A DNA stretch of 63,873 nt, counting the filler, from Guillardia theta CCMP2712 (lineage: Eukaryota > Protista > Cryptophyta): NCBI RefSeq assembly GCF_000315625.1. It is 5 parts of 5 records of this genome, joined end to end, with 100 filler letters (N's around TTAATTAATTAA, not from the genome) between each part and the next. Parts side by side here need not be neighbours in the genome. Positions count along the whole stretch, not along the records: positions 24,363 to 42,487 come from NW_005434669.1; positions 42,588 to 54,177 come from NW_005434291.1; 3 more parts are not named here. One strand, 5' to 3'. A program made the position numbers and the translations under genes. The stretch's first letter is position 1. The number at the start of each line of letters is the position of its first letter. The notes under the pieces are model-generated. The model saw only the letters and a list, made by a program, of their open reading frames with translations. It was not told the DNA's origin and searched no databases. Positions 33,851-46,722 of this stretch are shown here, piece after piece.

Positions 33851-35512
33851 CGCTGTGCTTGAAGGAGGTTGGACACACCTCACGGGGCGATGGCGTACTT
33901 GCATTTGGCATAAAAGCACTGGGGTTCACGTTGAAAGCTTCGATACACATTCTGATCCGAAGGGTCTAGCAATCGGTGGACAAAAGAAGGAGAAGAAATT
34001 TCCGGAGATGCTTCGGATTCGAAATGGACAAGGAGAAGACTTGCAGTGCTGTTGTCGATCAGTTTGTGGCGTTCGCGCTCTGGGAAGGCAAGAAGAGTTT
34101 GTTATCTTAAAGGGTGACGGACGGTCTGTCCCCTTCGTCCACGGTCGGAAAAGGGGATCTGGATGAGGGAAACGAGGTGCTCGGGTGGTGAGGGCTGTCT
34201 ACTTTAATTAGAGCAGCACTCGATGAATATTTGCTCTGTACCCCATGGTCTTTTGCCCTCAACCCCGTAGAAGATGGGGGTGGGGGATCCGGTCTTGCCG
34301 TACTGTCAGCCGTGCATCACTGCTAGATCCGAAAAGAGCCATTTTCGTCAACAAGGGGACCTGAAAATAGGTGCAAAGGAAGAGCACGTAAGCCAAGTTT
34401 GGAGTAGAGAACTACCAGGCCATACACCGGGGCTTAAAAACTTTCAAGCCGCGCTGAGCGGCGTACTGATCAGGCTTTAACTTAACTTTGAGTAAACCTG
34501 ACATCATCGCGCCGGGCGGCGGCTCAGTCGGACGGAGGGATTCAGTGCCTTTCAAGTTTTACGGTGACTCGCCTGCAGTGTGACACCGGTGACCCGGGCT
34601 GCCGGCCCGGGCGCACAGTGTGACGGTGCCGCTGCGGCCCCAGCCGGGCCCCGGGGCCCCGGTGACCGGCCGGCTCAGGCGGCGCTCTTGAAGTTAATGC
34701 TAGCACCTCGTACTGATTTTTAACTTAACTTTGAGTAAAAGTATTAGAACCTACCAGGAGGTGGGGTTGGGGTAGTGGTAAGTACCCCACCCTTAAATTT
34801 CCATCTGGTATCTGAGTCATCTACCCGTCCTACCCCGTTTATAAAAAATATTGTCACCCACCCCTACTTTGTACTGCCCACACCGTTCACCTACCCCTCT
34901 GCTACAGCACCCCTGTTAACCTAAGCTCCTACCCCCGTCGTTTCAAGTAAGCGACAATTTTATGGCTGTTTGTTGAACAAACGAACAAACGCCGCTGATC
35001 TAGCGAAGGATGCTATCAAGAGAAAGAATGTCTTGTACAGTCAGAAGTGCATGGTCATGCCCAGATAGACTTTCTTTAACGCAACGCTCTTTTCCTGTGA
35101 GAAAGATTGATGTTCTTTGAGAGCAGTAGACTTGTCCAATCACTAGTTTGGTTTCAGATTTGATGTAGATTGCCAGGATGATCGAAAAGGTCCATGTAAG
35201 GTTAGTCGATTAAGTCGTGGCTGGTTTGCATCTTATTTGATGGTCGAGAGAGTGACAAAATAGAGTACAAAGTATGCTTACGATCTTCGGAAGTAGAGGA
35301 TATTGAGAATGAAAGGCCAAGAGCAGTGTATGCAGGTTGCTTCACAGGTCCGATTGCGAAAGTGAAATGAAGTAGAACGGATGAATTACTATGTTGATTG
35401 AGAGGTTCGACCAACCATAACTTCTCATCCCGACTGAATATCTTTCACGAGCTTGTTTACTGCGGTGTCTTCAACTGCTTATCAATTGACTAGTTTGTTT
35501 CAGGTCGACAAG

Positions 35513-36502
35513 ATGGGAGTAGATAAGATCCCTCTGCTTGAGAAGCATAATGATGGCGACTCGTCCCTCGACGCTATCGATATTTGTATCCCCACAGCCT
35601 ACGAACCAGCGACCACCCAAGTTGCTAGGAATACTCCCTTGGAATCGGAACGGTTGTCAATGCCTCAGCCCTCAGCTCCCGAGTACAACCCTTCTCCTCG
35701 GGAAGACACAACATCCAAGAGCATCCTCTGTGCCAACTGTAAGACTCCTTTGGCAACCAACCACAAATTTTGCCCTGAATGTGGCACTCCAACACATTCC
35801 GGGGGCCCCAGCAACACGCCAGGAGCGAACCTGGCGGAATTCTCTCAGTCCGGCACGTTTCCAGTGAAGCTGCCTGCGGGGGTGCGATTCGGTCAGACCT
35901 TGAGGGTTCAAGTTCCTGCTGGCTATCGCGGGTCTGGCGAGATCGTCTACTTCGCTGTACCTGCCGAGGCATCTCCCGGTCAGATCGTTCAAGTTCCACT
36001 CCCCGCGACCAACGTTGGCAGCACAGAATATTTCCAGGCAAGGATTCCTCAGTCCTGCCATCCTGGGCAGGTCATGCAGGTCCGCGTGCCTGAAGGATAC
36101 AGAAATGCTGGGGAGCTTGTTCGTTTCACCATCCCCGCCGGCACGGGACCGAACCAAGTGATCAAGGTGCCACTTCCTTCAAACGTCTCACAAGCAGTGG
36201 GTGGGAAATTTAAAGTTTGCCTTCCTCTAAACTGCAGCCCGGGCCAGGTGAGTCTATTTAGTAGCAACCCGATAGGATGAGATGTGAGATAATGTGATTT
36301 GTTCGTCAGACATTGAAGGTCCAAGTACCGGCAGGATACCAGCAATCTGGTCAAGACGTCAAGTTCATTGTATGCGCAGCTTCCAATCATTGTTATTCGT
36401 GATGCTGAATACATGATTTCACAGGTTCCCCATGGTGCTGCTCCAGGCTCAATTGTGCTGGTCCCGCTCCCCGAATTAAAGAGGCCTGGCGTGTACAATT
36501 GA
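35513..36502 (+). CDS. Zinc-ribbon protein with about four tandem V-x-V-P-x-G...PGQ repeats
   Basis: CANC-x10-CPECG. Repeats such as FPVKLPAGVRFGQTLRVQVPAGYRGSGE and FQARIPQSCHPGQVMQVRVPEGYRNAGE. Intron from 36248 (CAG|GTGAGT) and a second short intron; stop at 36500-36502. Confidence 0.7.
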
Positions 36503-36589
36503 AGTTTTCAAAGACGATTCTAGTTTAAATGATCTGGAGCAGAAGTTCCCTTCATGAGACATCACACAATGTTTTTCCTCATTAAGTGT

Positions 36590-37998
36590 GATTAGCGCAA
36601 TGGAGCATCAATCATCATCGCTGTCATCGTATTCGATGATCCTCTTGATTCTACATGCGATCCTCCCGTCTAACGAGTCATCCCGGTAGCTGAGCGTGGA
36701 AAGATTCACATCAGCCTCCGCAAGTCACCTCAAAGCATCTTCGGAACCTTTCGGACGAAAACGTTTTCAACTGCTCGCGGATATGATCCTCTGATTTTCC
36801 GCTATGGAATTTGCAAATCAGCGCAAGAGATCTTCACAAGTTGCTAACAGCACACAGAGGAAGGGTAGAGGTCTTACTGGGTCCGGAAGAATTCTGTTGA
36901 GTCTTGATGCACTTTGTCTAGCATCGCTTTTGTCTGCTTTCTTGCAATCATTCCACGTTGCATTCTTTGGATCTAATACAAAGATCAGGCACATCTCTGC
37001 TGAAATTCGAGAAAAACATAATCAAGATGAACCTGTGAAGCTGCAGCCTCAAGGAACTCCACGTTCTGCTTGAGTTTGAGTACTTCAACTGTCCGACTCT
37101 CTTTCATCTGTCCCAAAGACAAGTCAAGAGGTATTCCAAGATCTGGCCTCCCGAGTACCCTTCTCCAATTCTTCTGTATCATGAGAGCTGCAACATTGCA
37201 TGAGTTTCCCACGATCCCAATTGATTCCTCATGGCATACCAGCTGATGGGAGAATCTTGGACCGCCAAAGTTCTCTTGAAACGCTGGAAACAAGTTACAA
37301 TGATACCATTCAAAAGACTCGATCACTTGAATATCCGCCGCCCAACGTGTCCGCGGTAGATTCTTTGAATCCTCAATGCAGCTTCATATTTGAAGAAATT
37401 CTTGGATATCTGTAGCAAAAGAATGATTACAAGACTGAGTCGCACATACACATAAATTTCTATACCTGTATCATCTCTGCATTGTTTTCGTCCTCTGCCT
37501 GAACCTGCCCAACAGGCTGCCTTACATCCCAACTACAAAGATTGTGGGTTCTGACCATGGATGCAAGAGCTTCCAGGGTCATGTTGTCAGAGTCCTCTTC
37601 TACCAGTTCGTAAAGAAAGCAACTCCACGCCTATGTTGAAAGCAACACTCAGTATTAGGCTTTCGCAGAGGAATCAGTCTGAAAGTTAGCCTCCGTCACG
37701 ATGCTGTCATCTGGCAGCCACTACTACTGAGCTGTTAGACTTACATCGCTGCCCTCATGTTCATGAGGCTTCTTGAATTCTTTCCGCAGGTTGTGCAGCT
37801 CAATCTACACGGTATCCTCACTGTCAGTTGACCTTCACTGTGTAGCATCCGGATGCCGCACATCCGATGAGGCTCACAGAGTACCTGGAGGGTGTTGATC
37901 TCCTCTGCGATCTGCTTCTGCTCCTCCGTCGGCTTCTCATCCCTCTCCAGCTCTGCCTGACCCTCCACCGCCGCCGCAAACTGCAGGAGCGAGTCCAT
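36590..37998 (-). CDS. IQ-motif (calmodulin-binding) protein, multi-exon; 3' end approximate
   Basis: AALRIQRIYRGHVGRR and AALMIQKNWRRVLGR. First exon MDSLLQFAAAVEGQ...LQ|GT. Confidence 0.65.
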
Positions 37999-38184
37999 GA
38001 GAGAAGTTGACAGGCTCTGACCTGACCGTTACGATAGTTTGATTACCGTTATCAGACCTAATAGCTCTCCATACCCCACAGAGATATAGGGAAAGTGCCA
38101 TCTTCAATGGGGTGGGTCCTTTTTCCTCATGAACCCCTTCTTTTGAGCAATACAGGACCCGGTGGTGGAAGTGGAGGAATAACC

Positions 38185-38664
38185 ATGCCGCGAATCGCAT
38201 GGCGCAAGTTGAGGCTGGGGGTGACGCGATGGCAGCTGATAGGCGGGAGTTTACTGGGGTTGTTTGTTGGATTGATGGTGGGCATCATGATAGGAGCGCC
38301 GATGGCGCTAGTGACCTATGGAAGTATAACGGATGCAATCGTCAACAACGAGGACAAAACGTTCTCGTTGGATAAGAACAAGACCGACATTCCTGGGGTG
38401 GTTCTCGCCAATAGGGTGAAAGAGCATTGGGGGCTAGCAGTCAGCTACATATGGAAGCAGTTCTACATGTCTGTAGGTGTTGGCGCTGCAGTTGGATTAG
38501 GTTGTTGGTTCATGCGCTGTTGACCTTGTAAGTGACATACTTTGACAGGGTTTGGGTTTGTTGCCACTTTGGCTGCTGGATCTGCAAAGATAGCTATGGC
38601 CACTCGATCGAACGCTTCGACAGCCTATGCTGACATGAGATACAGACTCTTGCCGATGAGATAG
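38185..38664 (+). CDS. Small membrane protein with two hydrophobic Gly-rich segments
   Basis: MPRIAWRK...LIGGSLLGLFVGLMVGIMIGAPMALV. A probable intron at about 38501-38548 continues to ...YRLLPMR*. Confidence 0.6.
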
Positions 38665-38833
38665 TTAGCTATTTGTTCATTTTCTATTTCCTTTCACCAT
38701 TTGCCTTCAGTAACCTTGTTTTAAAGTTTGAAATTCATGTTTCGGTTTGAGGTTGTCATTAGAAACACTACCTGTTTGATCGGCTTCTGTATTTTGGATC
38801 CTCATTTATTACTACTTTACAAAGGGAAACTAC

Positions 38834-39990
38834 CTACATGCTCTCTGCTTTACACTGTACAAAATGGCAATTAGACTCGGAGCAGGAGTTCCTCACACTA
38901 TGTGGAATTTGACAGATCGCAATAGACCAGAGTATCCACATGGCAGCCAAATTAAACATGCACACCATCCTTTGTAACCTGCACATCATCCTTTGTTCTT
39001 CATGTACCGTCGATGACATCCAGAAACTGACGCACTTCTTCATAATAAGATCAACTCACTGCACGGCTTCTGCAGGATTTCCAACAATCACCAGCTCCTC
39101 CACGTGCTGCAAGTCAGCGCAAGTCACTGATGTGACCTTAGACGTGTTGCTCAGAGCGCAATGAATCTTCAGAGCACCTAGAGGAAGACCTTTCTTCATC
39201 ATCTTTTCTTCATTCGGGTTGTAGAACTTGAAGAGCAGTTTGGTCTTGACAAGGTGATGATTGTCCTTCCCCGGCCCTTTCAACCCTTGCACCGACAAGA
39301 CGATGACAAACTCGAGTTTTTCTCTCTTGGATACTTTTGTTTCATCAAAGCTGGATGTGTCCCACCACAGGAAGCCGATTGTTTTCTCCCCATCAGATTG
39401 TACGGCTTTCTTTGATTGCATTTCTTTCTCCAGCATTCCTCCCTCAATGCTCATGCTCACGATATGCACATTGTCGGGCGACTGTAGTAACATGTAAGTA
39501 CCGAACTGAGCAGAGTGCGTGACTGCGTCAATGTACACCAACACGCATCGTTTGAGTGCAGAATACCTCGACAACAAGTTCATACTTGGTCTTCGCCCTC
39601 ATTTTGAGCGTGTAGGCCTTGTTGATGTCCCTGAGTGCATTTAAACTCACAACATAAACAGGGGAAAACATCTCAAGCCTCACGATGAGAAGCGTCCGTT
39701 GTCGTCCTTGAAATAGGCTAGCTCGCCATACACGCTCTTGATCCTGATAGCTACCACACACCGTTGCATTGCAAACAGCCTTGCAGTCTTGTAGTCTTGT
39801 ATGCAAACACACAGGGAGAAGACTAGTCTTTCAGTGCGTGAACAGATCTAGTTGTTTACCCTGTACTTGGTTCAACAACGATGCATCATACCAACAGAAA
39901 CATGAGAACAATCACAAGTTGCAGCACGTTGATATGAGAGGAAGGGAATTTTGAGGAGATCCCTAGCAGAATGTTTCGAGGAGCTGCATG
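38834..39990 (-). CDS. Hypothetical multi-exon protein (boundaries approximate)
   Basis: Coding-like minus-strand ORF segments (39056-39583, 38834-39043) separated by short intron-like gaps. No recognised motif. Confidence 0.45.
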
Positions 39991-40205
39991 CTAGCCCTTG
40001 GTAGATCGCTCTTTACCTTGACTTCCTTTTCCGACTACAGCACTGGCATTGCCGACAGCGGACAACTTTGAAATCGGGGACATTAAAACAAACTTTCAAA
40101 GTTTCAGGTGTTACAAAGTTCTGAAGTTTCATAGTTTCTTGATCGGATCCTTCAAGTCAAAAGTTTGCCCGCCGGGTCAAACCGTCCCGGCTCTACTACT
40201 ACTAC

Positions 40206-41666
40206 ATGGCGCTACTAGCCAAGTGCCATGTTCTGCCGCTGCTCCTTGCCCTCGTGCTGCTGTTATCGTGTTCTGACGCATCAGGCAAGACTTTTAAGAA
40301 GCAGGGTAGGAGCAACAAGAAGAGGAAAAGCAAGAACAGCCTTCTCAAACAGATGTTCTGTCCGAACATGCAGACGCATTGGTTGATGTTGGGGTTTGAA
40401 GATAGGGTTGCTTTTCCATTGCCAACATGCCCGAACAAAGATTTCTCTGAATTATACGAGGGAGCACAATCGCCGAATAGTCGAAGGCTCTTCAATGTGC
40501 AGTCAGCGGGCAACAACACTGATACGAATGTGTCAATCGCCACAACCAACAATTCCTCGCTGACAGCAAACTGTTCTGTCCTGTCGCTGCCTTCCTTTGC
40601 TGAGTGGCAAAATTCGTCAACTGGTGTCTGTGTGTGGAGCTGTAGATCAGGTTTCTACTTGCCAGATCCGAACATTAGTGCTTGCCATGGCTGCAAAGCT
40701 GGTACCTACAAACCATTCAGCGGCAATGAAACATGCTCGTTGTGCCCAGAAAGCACATTCTCGATTTTTTCATCGACATCTTGTTCACTATGCCCTCCTC
40801 TCTCTCAACCATCCCCGAAGAAAGACACTTGTGTCTGCAACTCCGGGTATGAGGGTGAATTCAAAATAGGTCAGAATTTTGTCCTTGATCACACGCGTCA
40901 ACCCAACCCTTGCAGCAGGTTACTTGATCTTTGACAACACATCCTTCTGCACTCCTTGCAAAGCAGGTGAAAGAGATTCGCTCATAGATCCATTCACAGC
41001 TCCTGTCATCCACACCCTCATTGTTGCCGCCTCAGTTGTTCGCCCTTGACTTGACGTTGTCCAGGTTGGTACAAACCTCTCAACGACAGCAGTGCGTGTG
41101 TCAAATGTCCTCCGAGGACTTTCGCATGGAGCGGCTCCTCTGCGTGCGACTTCTGCCCTGACGACTCTGCTCCTCTCTCCGCCAACTTCTCCGCCTTCGA
41201 ATGTGTCTGCAAGCTTGGATACCAGATCGATCCGACCAACACGAGCTGCATACCCTGTGAGCCAGGATATTACAAGAATGAGACAGCAGAGCGCTGCTCT
41301 GAGTGCGAGATCAACTCATATGCAAGCGCAAACAGCAGCATAAATTGCACTGCTTGTCCCTTGAACCAAGGATCTATGGCAGGGAGTATCTCCCCCAGAA
41401 ACTGCTCATGCCTTCCAGGGAGAGGTTACGACGAGGCAACGAAAACTTGCGCTCCCTGCTTGCCAGGTTTCTTCAAGGAGGGCAGGTGGAACGACAGATG
41501 TGTCCCTTGCCCTCCAGGAACATACGCAGACAAAAGCGGTTTGGACGAGTGCGTCACTTGTCCTCCGGGATCAACATCACCAGTCAAGAGTGACACTATC
41601 AACATGTGCGAGTGTGTAGCGGGTCTTGTTCCTGCCGTGCCGTTCATCCTCTGTGTGATGAAGTGA
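40206..41666 (+). CDS. Secreted Cys-rich protein with GCC2/GCC3 (ephrin-receptor-like) repeats
   Basis: Signal peptide LPLLLALVLLLSCSDA. Repeats CKAGTYK...CSLCP...C.CNSGY and CLPGFFK...CVPCPPGTY. Short introns around 40870-41065. Confidence 0.75.
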
Positions 41667-42066
41667 GGAGCGATGCCGGGGATGCGCACGGAAGGAGTGA
41701 TGGGCAGGAGGACTCATGGATTGCATGATTGTGGTCAGAATGTTGCAGGCGCTTGAAAACCTCTGAGAAGGGTTTGAAGTTTTCTGGAACTTCTCCTTCG
41801 CAATTTGAAAATATTTTGAGGCTCTTTGTGGATCAGATTGCCAGATGTGTGAAAGTGAGACTCGCACAGCTCTTGTTGTTCAGCCATACATTTTGTTACA
41901 ATCGTACTTCGCAGCGAAAGGAACAAAATTATTGATGAGAATGAGAAGTCATCTCAAAGGGACACAACAAAGATCAGGGGGTGATTGGTTGACGATCCGA
42001 ACTGAAAGGGTTGGCAATGATCTATGTACATATGAGGAGAAGATCGATGACGTGGCATTTCTTTCG

Positions 42067-42362
42067 TCATTCCACTTCGACGACTGCGTACTGGAACTGC
42101 AACGGAGGACGGGAGGCTTTCAGCTGTTGAGAGCCGGAGGAGAGAGGTCAGAACCTGGGAGTCGTCGTTCCAGTAGTCGGAGATGTCGAGGGCGATGATG
42201 CAAGACTCCGCAACGACCTTCGGGCCATGTGAGCGGTCACGACGAGACACTCTCGGTCGTTCTTGTCACCTGGTTCTTGTCTTTCGCAAACTCCTCCAGC
42301 AAGGGATTGGCTGCTTCCTCAGCGATCGCCCCGATCGCCTCAGCTGCCTCGTGCCTGACCAT
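42067..42362 (-). CDS. DOHH: Deoxyhypusine hydroxylase, last three exons (5' part lost in the gap)
   Basis: Spliced MVRHEAAEAIGAIAEEAANPLLEEFAKDKNQ|VVAESCIIALDISDYWNDDSQ|FQYAVVEVE* matches the C-terminal HEAT/HE motif of DOHH. Intron 42218-42269. Confidence 0.8.
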
Positions 42363-42487
42363 CTGCTGGGAGATGAGAGAGAGAGGAGGGGGAGGGGGGG
42401 GGGGAGGGGAGGGAGAGAGAGAGAGAGAGAGAGAGAGGAGGAGGAGGGAGGGAGGGAGGAGGAGGAGAGAGAGAGAGAGGAGGAGGA

Positions 42488-42587
42488 NNNNNNNNNNNNN
42501 NNNNNNNNNNNNNNNNNNNNNNNNNNNNNNNTTAATTAATTAANNNNNNNNNNNNNNNNNNNNNNNNNNNNNNNNNNNNNNNNNNNN
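42488..42587. other. Assembly gap linker
   Basis: 44N-TTAATTAATTAA-44N. Confidence 0.98.
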
Positions 42588-45500
42588 ACACGACATGTAT
42601 GATGTGTCCGCCGGGGTACTACAAGCCGGAAAGGGGGCTTGAGAGGTGCTCAGTATGCCCTTCAGGCACATACAGCAATGGATCACGAGCTGCGTCGTGC
42701 GGGGGGAACTGCAGCGGGAGCTCGTCGGCATATCTTGGAGGAGGCGCCACGGGCTGTGCGACCTGCCCCATCCACTCCACCTCCGTGCAGGGCAGCTCGT
42801 CTCGGTCAGACTGCGTGTGCGAGGCTGGCTTCTACGATGCTGAAGCGGCAGCGAGGTCGTCGACGCAGGGCAGCAACGCTACCATCGCTTCCTCTCTTGC
42901 AGCTGGGCCGGACTGCCGCCGTTGCGCGGAGGGAAGCTACAGCAATGGTACCGGCTCTACAGTGTGTGCCGAGTGCCCAGCCCACACTGTCTCTGCTGCA
43001 GGCAGCTCTTACATATGGGAGTGCAAGTGCCAGGCAGGCTTCTACGATGAAAGCCCTCCTGCCAACACATCGGGCGCAAGGCGCTGGGGGCCAAGTTGCA
43101 TCCCTTGTGCTTCCGGGTCCTACAGCGATGTAGAGGGATCGACAACCTGCACAGCTTGCCCCGAAGGCATGACCTCGAGGCTTACAGGCAGCGCAAGCAT
43201 CCTTGATTGTCGTTGCACGAGCGGCAAGTACATGGACCCTAAGAGCGGGGCTTGCCTAGCCTGTCCAGGGGGTACATACAACAACGAAAGCCGGCTGACG
43301 TTCTGTCAACACTGTCCGGATGACATGGAGTCAGCACCGGGCTCCTCCAGCGTAGACGACTGTAAGTGCACCATGGGCTTCGTGAGCGGTCTGAATGGAT
43401 CTACTGGCTGTCACGGGTGTCCAGCAGGATCCTACAATGACGTAGTCGGGGCGACGTATTGCAAGAGCTGCGGGAGCCATCAAAGCTCCCCTGCGCAGAG
43501 CACATCCATCGCTGCATGTCAATGCTTACCAGGCTTCACGCCTGGCAGCGCTTCCAACATCTCCGCAAGGGGGCAGCAGCCGCTCGATCGCTACGGCTGC
43601 GATCCGTGCAAGCCAGGCACCTACAAGGCGGGACCAGGCAACGAGGAGTGTGCGGTGTGTCCGGGAGGATCTTACTCGTCCATGGGCGGATCGACAAGCT
43701 GCACGACCTGTCCCCCGCACTCGTCGTCGTCGGCAGGCGCAGCAAGCGTCGAGTCGTGCGAGTGCAGTATATCAGGGTTGAAATCAGCGCTGGGAGGCTG
43801 CTTGGGCTGCCCCTCGGCGAGCGAGTGCGGATGCGATGCAGGCTATATGCGTATTGATAACAACACATTTAGCAGGGATCAATGCGAGCCTGGACAACCA
43901 TTCACAAACGTTTCAAGAGACGTCAGCATCTCCTGGATACACGACATGTATGATGTGTCCGCCGGGGTACTACAAGCCGGAAAGGGGGCTTGAGAGGTGC
44001 TCAGTATGCCCTTCAGGCACATACAGCAATGGATCACGAGCTGCGTCGTGCGGGGGGAACTGCAGCGGGAGCTCGTCGGCATATCTTGGAGGAGGCGCCA
44101 CGGGCTGTGCGACCTGCCCCATCCACTCCACCTCCGTGCAGGGCAGCTCGTCTCGGTCAGACTGCGTGTGCGAGGCTGGCTTCTACGATGCTGAAGCGGC
44201 AGCGAGGTCGTCGACGCAGGGCAGCAACGCTACCATCGCTTCCTCTCTTGCAGCTGGGCCGGACTGCCGCCGTTGCGCGGAGGGAAGCTACAGCAATGGT
44301 ACCGGCTCTACAGTGTGTGCCGAGTGCCCAGCCCACACTGTCTCTGCTGCAGGCAGCTCTTACATATGGGAGTGCAAGTGCCAGGCAGGCTTCTACGATG
44401 AAAGCCCTCCTGCCAACACATCGGGCGCAAGGCGCTGGGGGCCAAGTTGCATCCCTTGTGCTTCCGGGTCCTACAGCGATGTAGAGGGATCGACAACCTG
44501 CACAGCTTGCCCCGAAGGCATGACCTCGAGGCTTACAGGCAGCGCAAGCATCCTTGATTGTCGTTGCACGAGCGGCAAGTACATGGACCCTAAGAGCGGG
44601 GCTTGCCTAGCCTGTCCAGGGGGTACATACAACAACGAAAGCCGGCTGACGTTCTGTCAACACTGTCCGGATGACATGGAGTCAGCACCGGGCTCCTCCA
44701 GCGTAGACGACTGTAAGTGCACCATGGGCTTCGTGAGCGGTCTGAATGGATCTACTGGCTGTCACGGGTGTCCAGCAGGATCCTACAATGACGTAGTCGG
44801 GGCGACGTATTGCAAGAGCTGCGGGAGCCATCAAAGCTCCCCTGCGCAGAGCACATCCATCGCTGCATGTCAATGCTTACCAGGCTTCACGCCTGGCAGC
44901 GCTTCCAACATCTCCGCAAGGGGGCAGCAGCCGCTCGATCGCTACGGCTGCGATCCGTGCAAGCCAGGCACCTACAAGGCGGGACCAGGCAACGAGGAGT
45001 GTGCGGTGTGTCCGGGAGGATCTTACTCGTCCATGGGCGGATCGACAAGCTGCACGACCTGTCCCCCGCACTCGTCGTCGTCGGCAGGCGCAGCAAGCGT
45101 CGAGTCGTGCGAGTGCAGTATATCAGGGTTGAAATCAGCGCTGGGAGGCTGCTTGGGCTGCCCCTCGGCGAGCGAGTGCGGATGCGATGCAGGCTATATT
45201 CTGATAAAAACAAACAAAAGCCTTGCAATAGATTTATGGAATCAAGGCACAAGCAATGCGTCTCCTGGATACACGACATGTATGATGTGTCCGCCGGGGT
45301 ACTACAAGCCGGAAAGGGGGCTTGAGAGGTGCTCAGTATGCCCTTCAGGCACATACAGCAATGGATCACGAGCTACGTCGTGCGGGGGGAACTGCAGCGG
45401 GAGCTCGTCGGCATATCTTGGAGGAGGCGCCACGGGCTGTGCGACCTGCCCCATCCACTCCACCTCCGTGCAGGGCAGCTCGTCTCGGTCAGACTGCGTG

Positions 45501-46722
45501 TGCGAGGCTGGCTTCTACGATGCTGAAGCGGCAGCGAGGTCGTCGACGCAGGGCAGCAACGCTACCATCGCTTCCTCTCTTGCAGCTGGGCCGGACTGCC
45601 GCCGTTGCGCGGAGGGAAGCTACAGCAATGGTACCGGCTCTACAGTGTGTGCCGAGTGCCCAGCCCACACTGTCTCTGCTGCAGGCAGCTCTTACATATG
45701 GGAGTGCAAGTGCCAGGCAGGCTTCTACGATGAAAGCCCTCCTGCCAACACATCGGGCGCAAGGCGCTGGGGGCCAAGTTGCATCCCTTGTGCTTCCGGG
45801 TCCTACAGCGATGTAGAGGGATCGACAACCTGCACAGCTTGCCCCGAAGGCATGACCTCGAGGCTTACAGGCAGCGCAAGCATCCTTGATTGTCGTTGCA
45901 CGAGCGGCAAGTACATGGACCCTAAGAGCGGGGCTTGCCTAGCCTGTCCAGGGGGTACATACAACAACGAAAGCCGGCTGACGTTCTGTCAACACTGTCC
46001 GGATGACATGGAGTCAGCACCGGGCTCCTCCAGCGTAGACGACTGTAAGTGCACCATGGGCTTCGTGAGCGGTCTGAATGGATCTACTGGCTGTCACGGG
46101 TGTCCAGCAGGATCCTACAATGACGTAGTCGGGGCGACGTATTGCAAGAGCTGCGGGAGCCATCAAAGCTCCCCTGCGCAGAGCACATCCATCGCTGCAT
46201 GTCAATGCTTACCAGGCTTCACGCCTGGCAGCGCTTCCAACATCTCCGCAAGGGGGCAGCAGCCGCTCGATCGCTACGGCTGCGATCCGTGCAAGCCAGG
46301 CACCTACAAGGCGGGACCAGGCAACGAGGAGTGTGCGGTGTGTCCGGGAGGATCTTACTCGTCCATGGGCGGATCGACAAGCTGCACGACCTGTCCCCCG
46401 CACTCGTCGTCGTCGGCAGGCGCAGCAAGCGTCGAGTCGTGCGAGTGCAGTATATCAGGGTTGAAATCAGCGCTGGGAGGCTGCTTGGGCTGCCCCTCGG
46501 CGAGCGAGTGCGGATGCGATGCAGGCTATATGCTGGCGCTGAGGAACTTTACACTTTTAGCAGGGATCAATGCGAGCCTGGACAACCATTCACAAACGTT
46601 TCAAGAGACGTCAGCATCTCCTGGATACACGACATGTATGATGTGTCCGCCGGGGTACTACAAGCCGGAAAGGGGGCTTGAGAGGTGCTCAGTATGCCCT
46701 TCAGGCACATACAGCAATGGAT
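42588..46722 (+). repeat. Three near-identical ~1.27-kb coding blocks plus a partial fourth, with differing linkers
   Basis: ATGATGTGTCCG at 42599, 43950, 45282 and 46638 (periods 1351, 1332, 1356). Confidence 0.92.

Noticed and set aside
41666-42599. Joining the 40206-41666 Cys-rich gene to the giant Cys-rich gene at 42588
   Set aside because: A stop codon, a convergent DOHH 3' end and an assembly gap lie between them.
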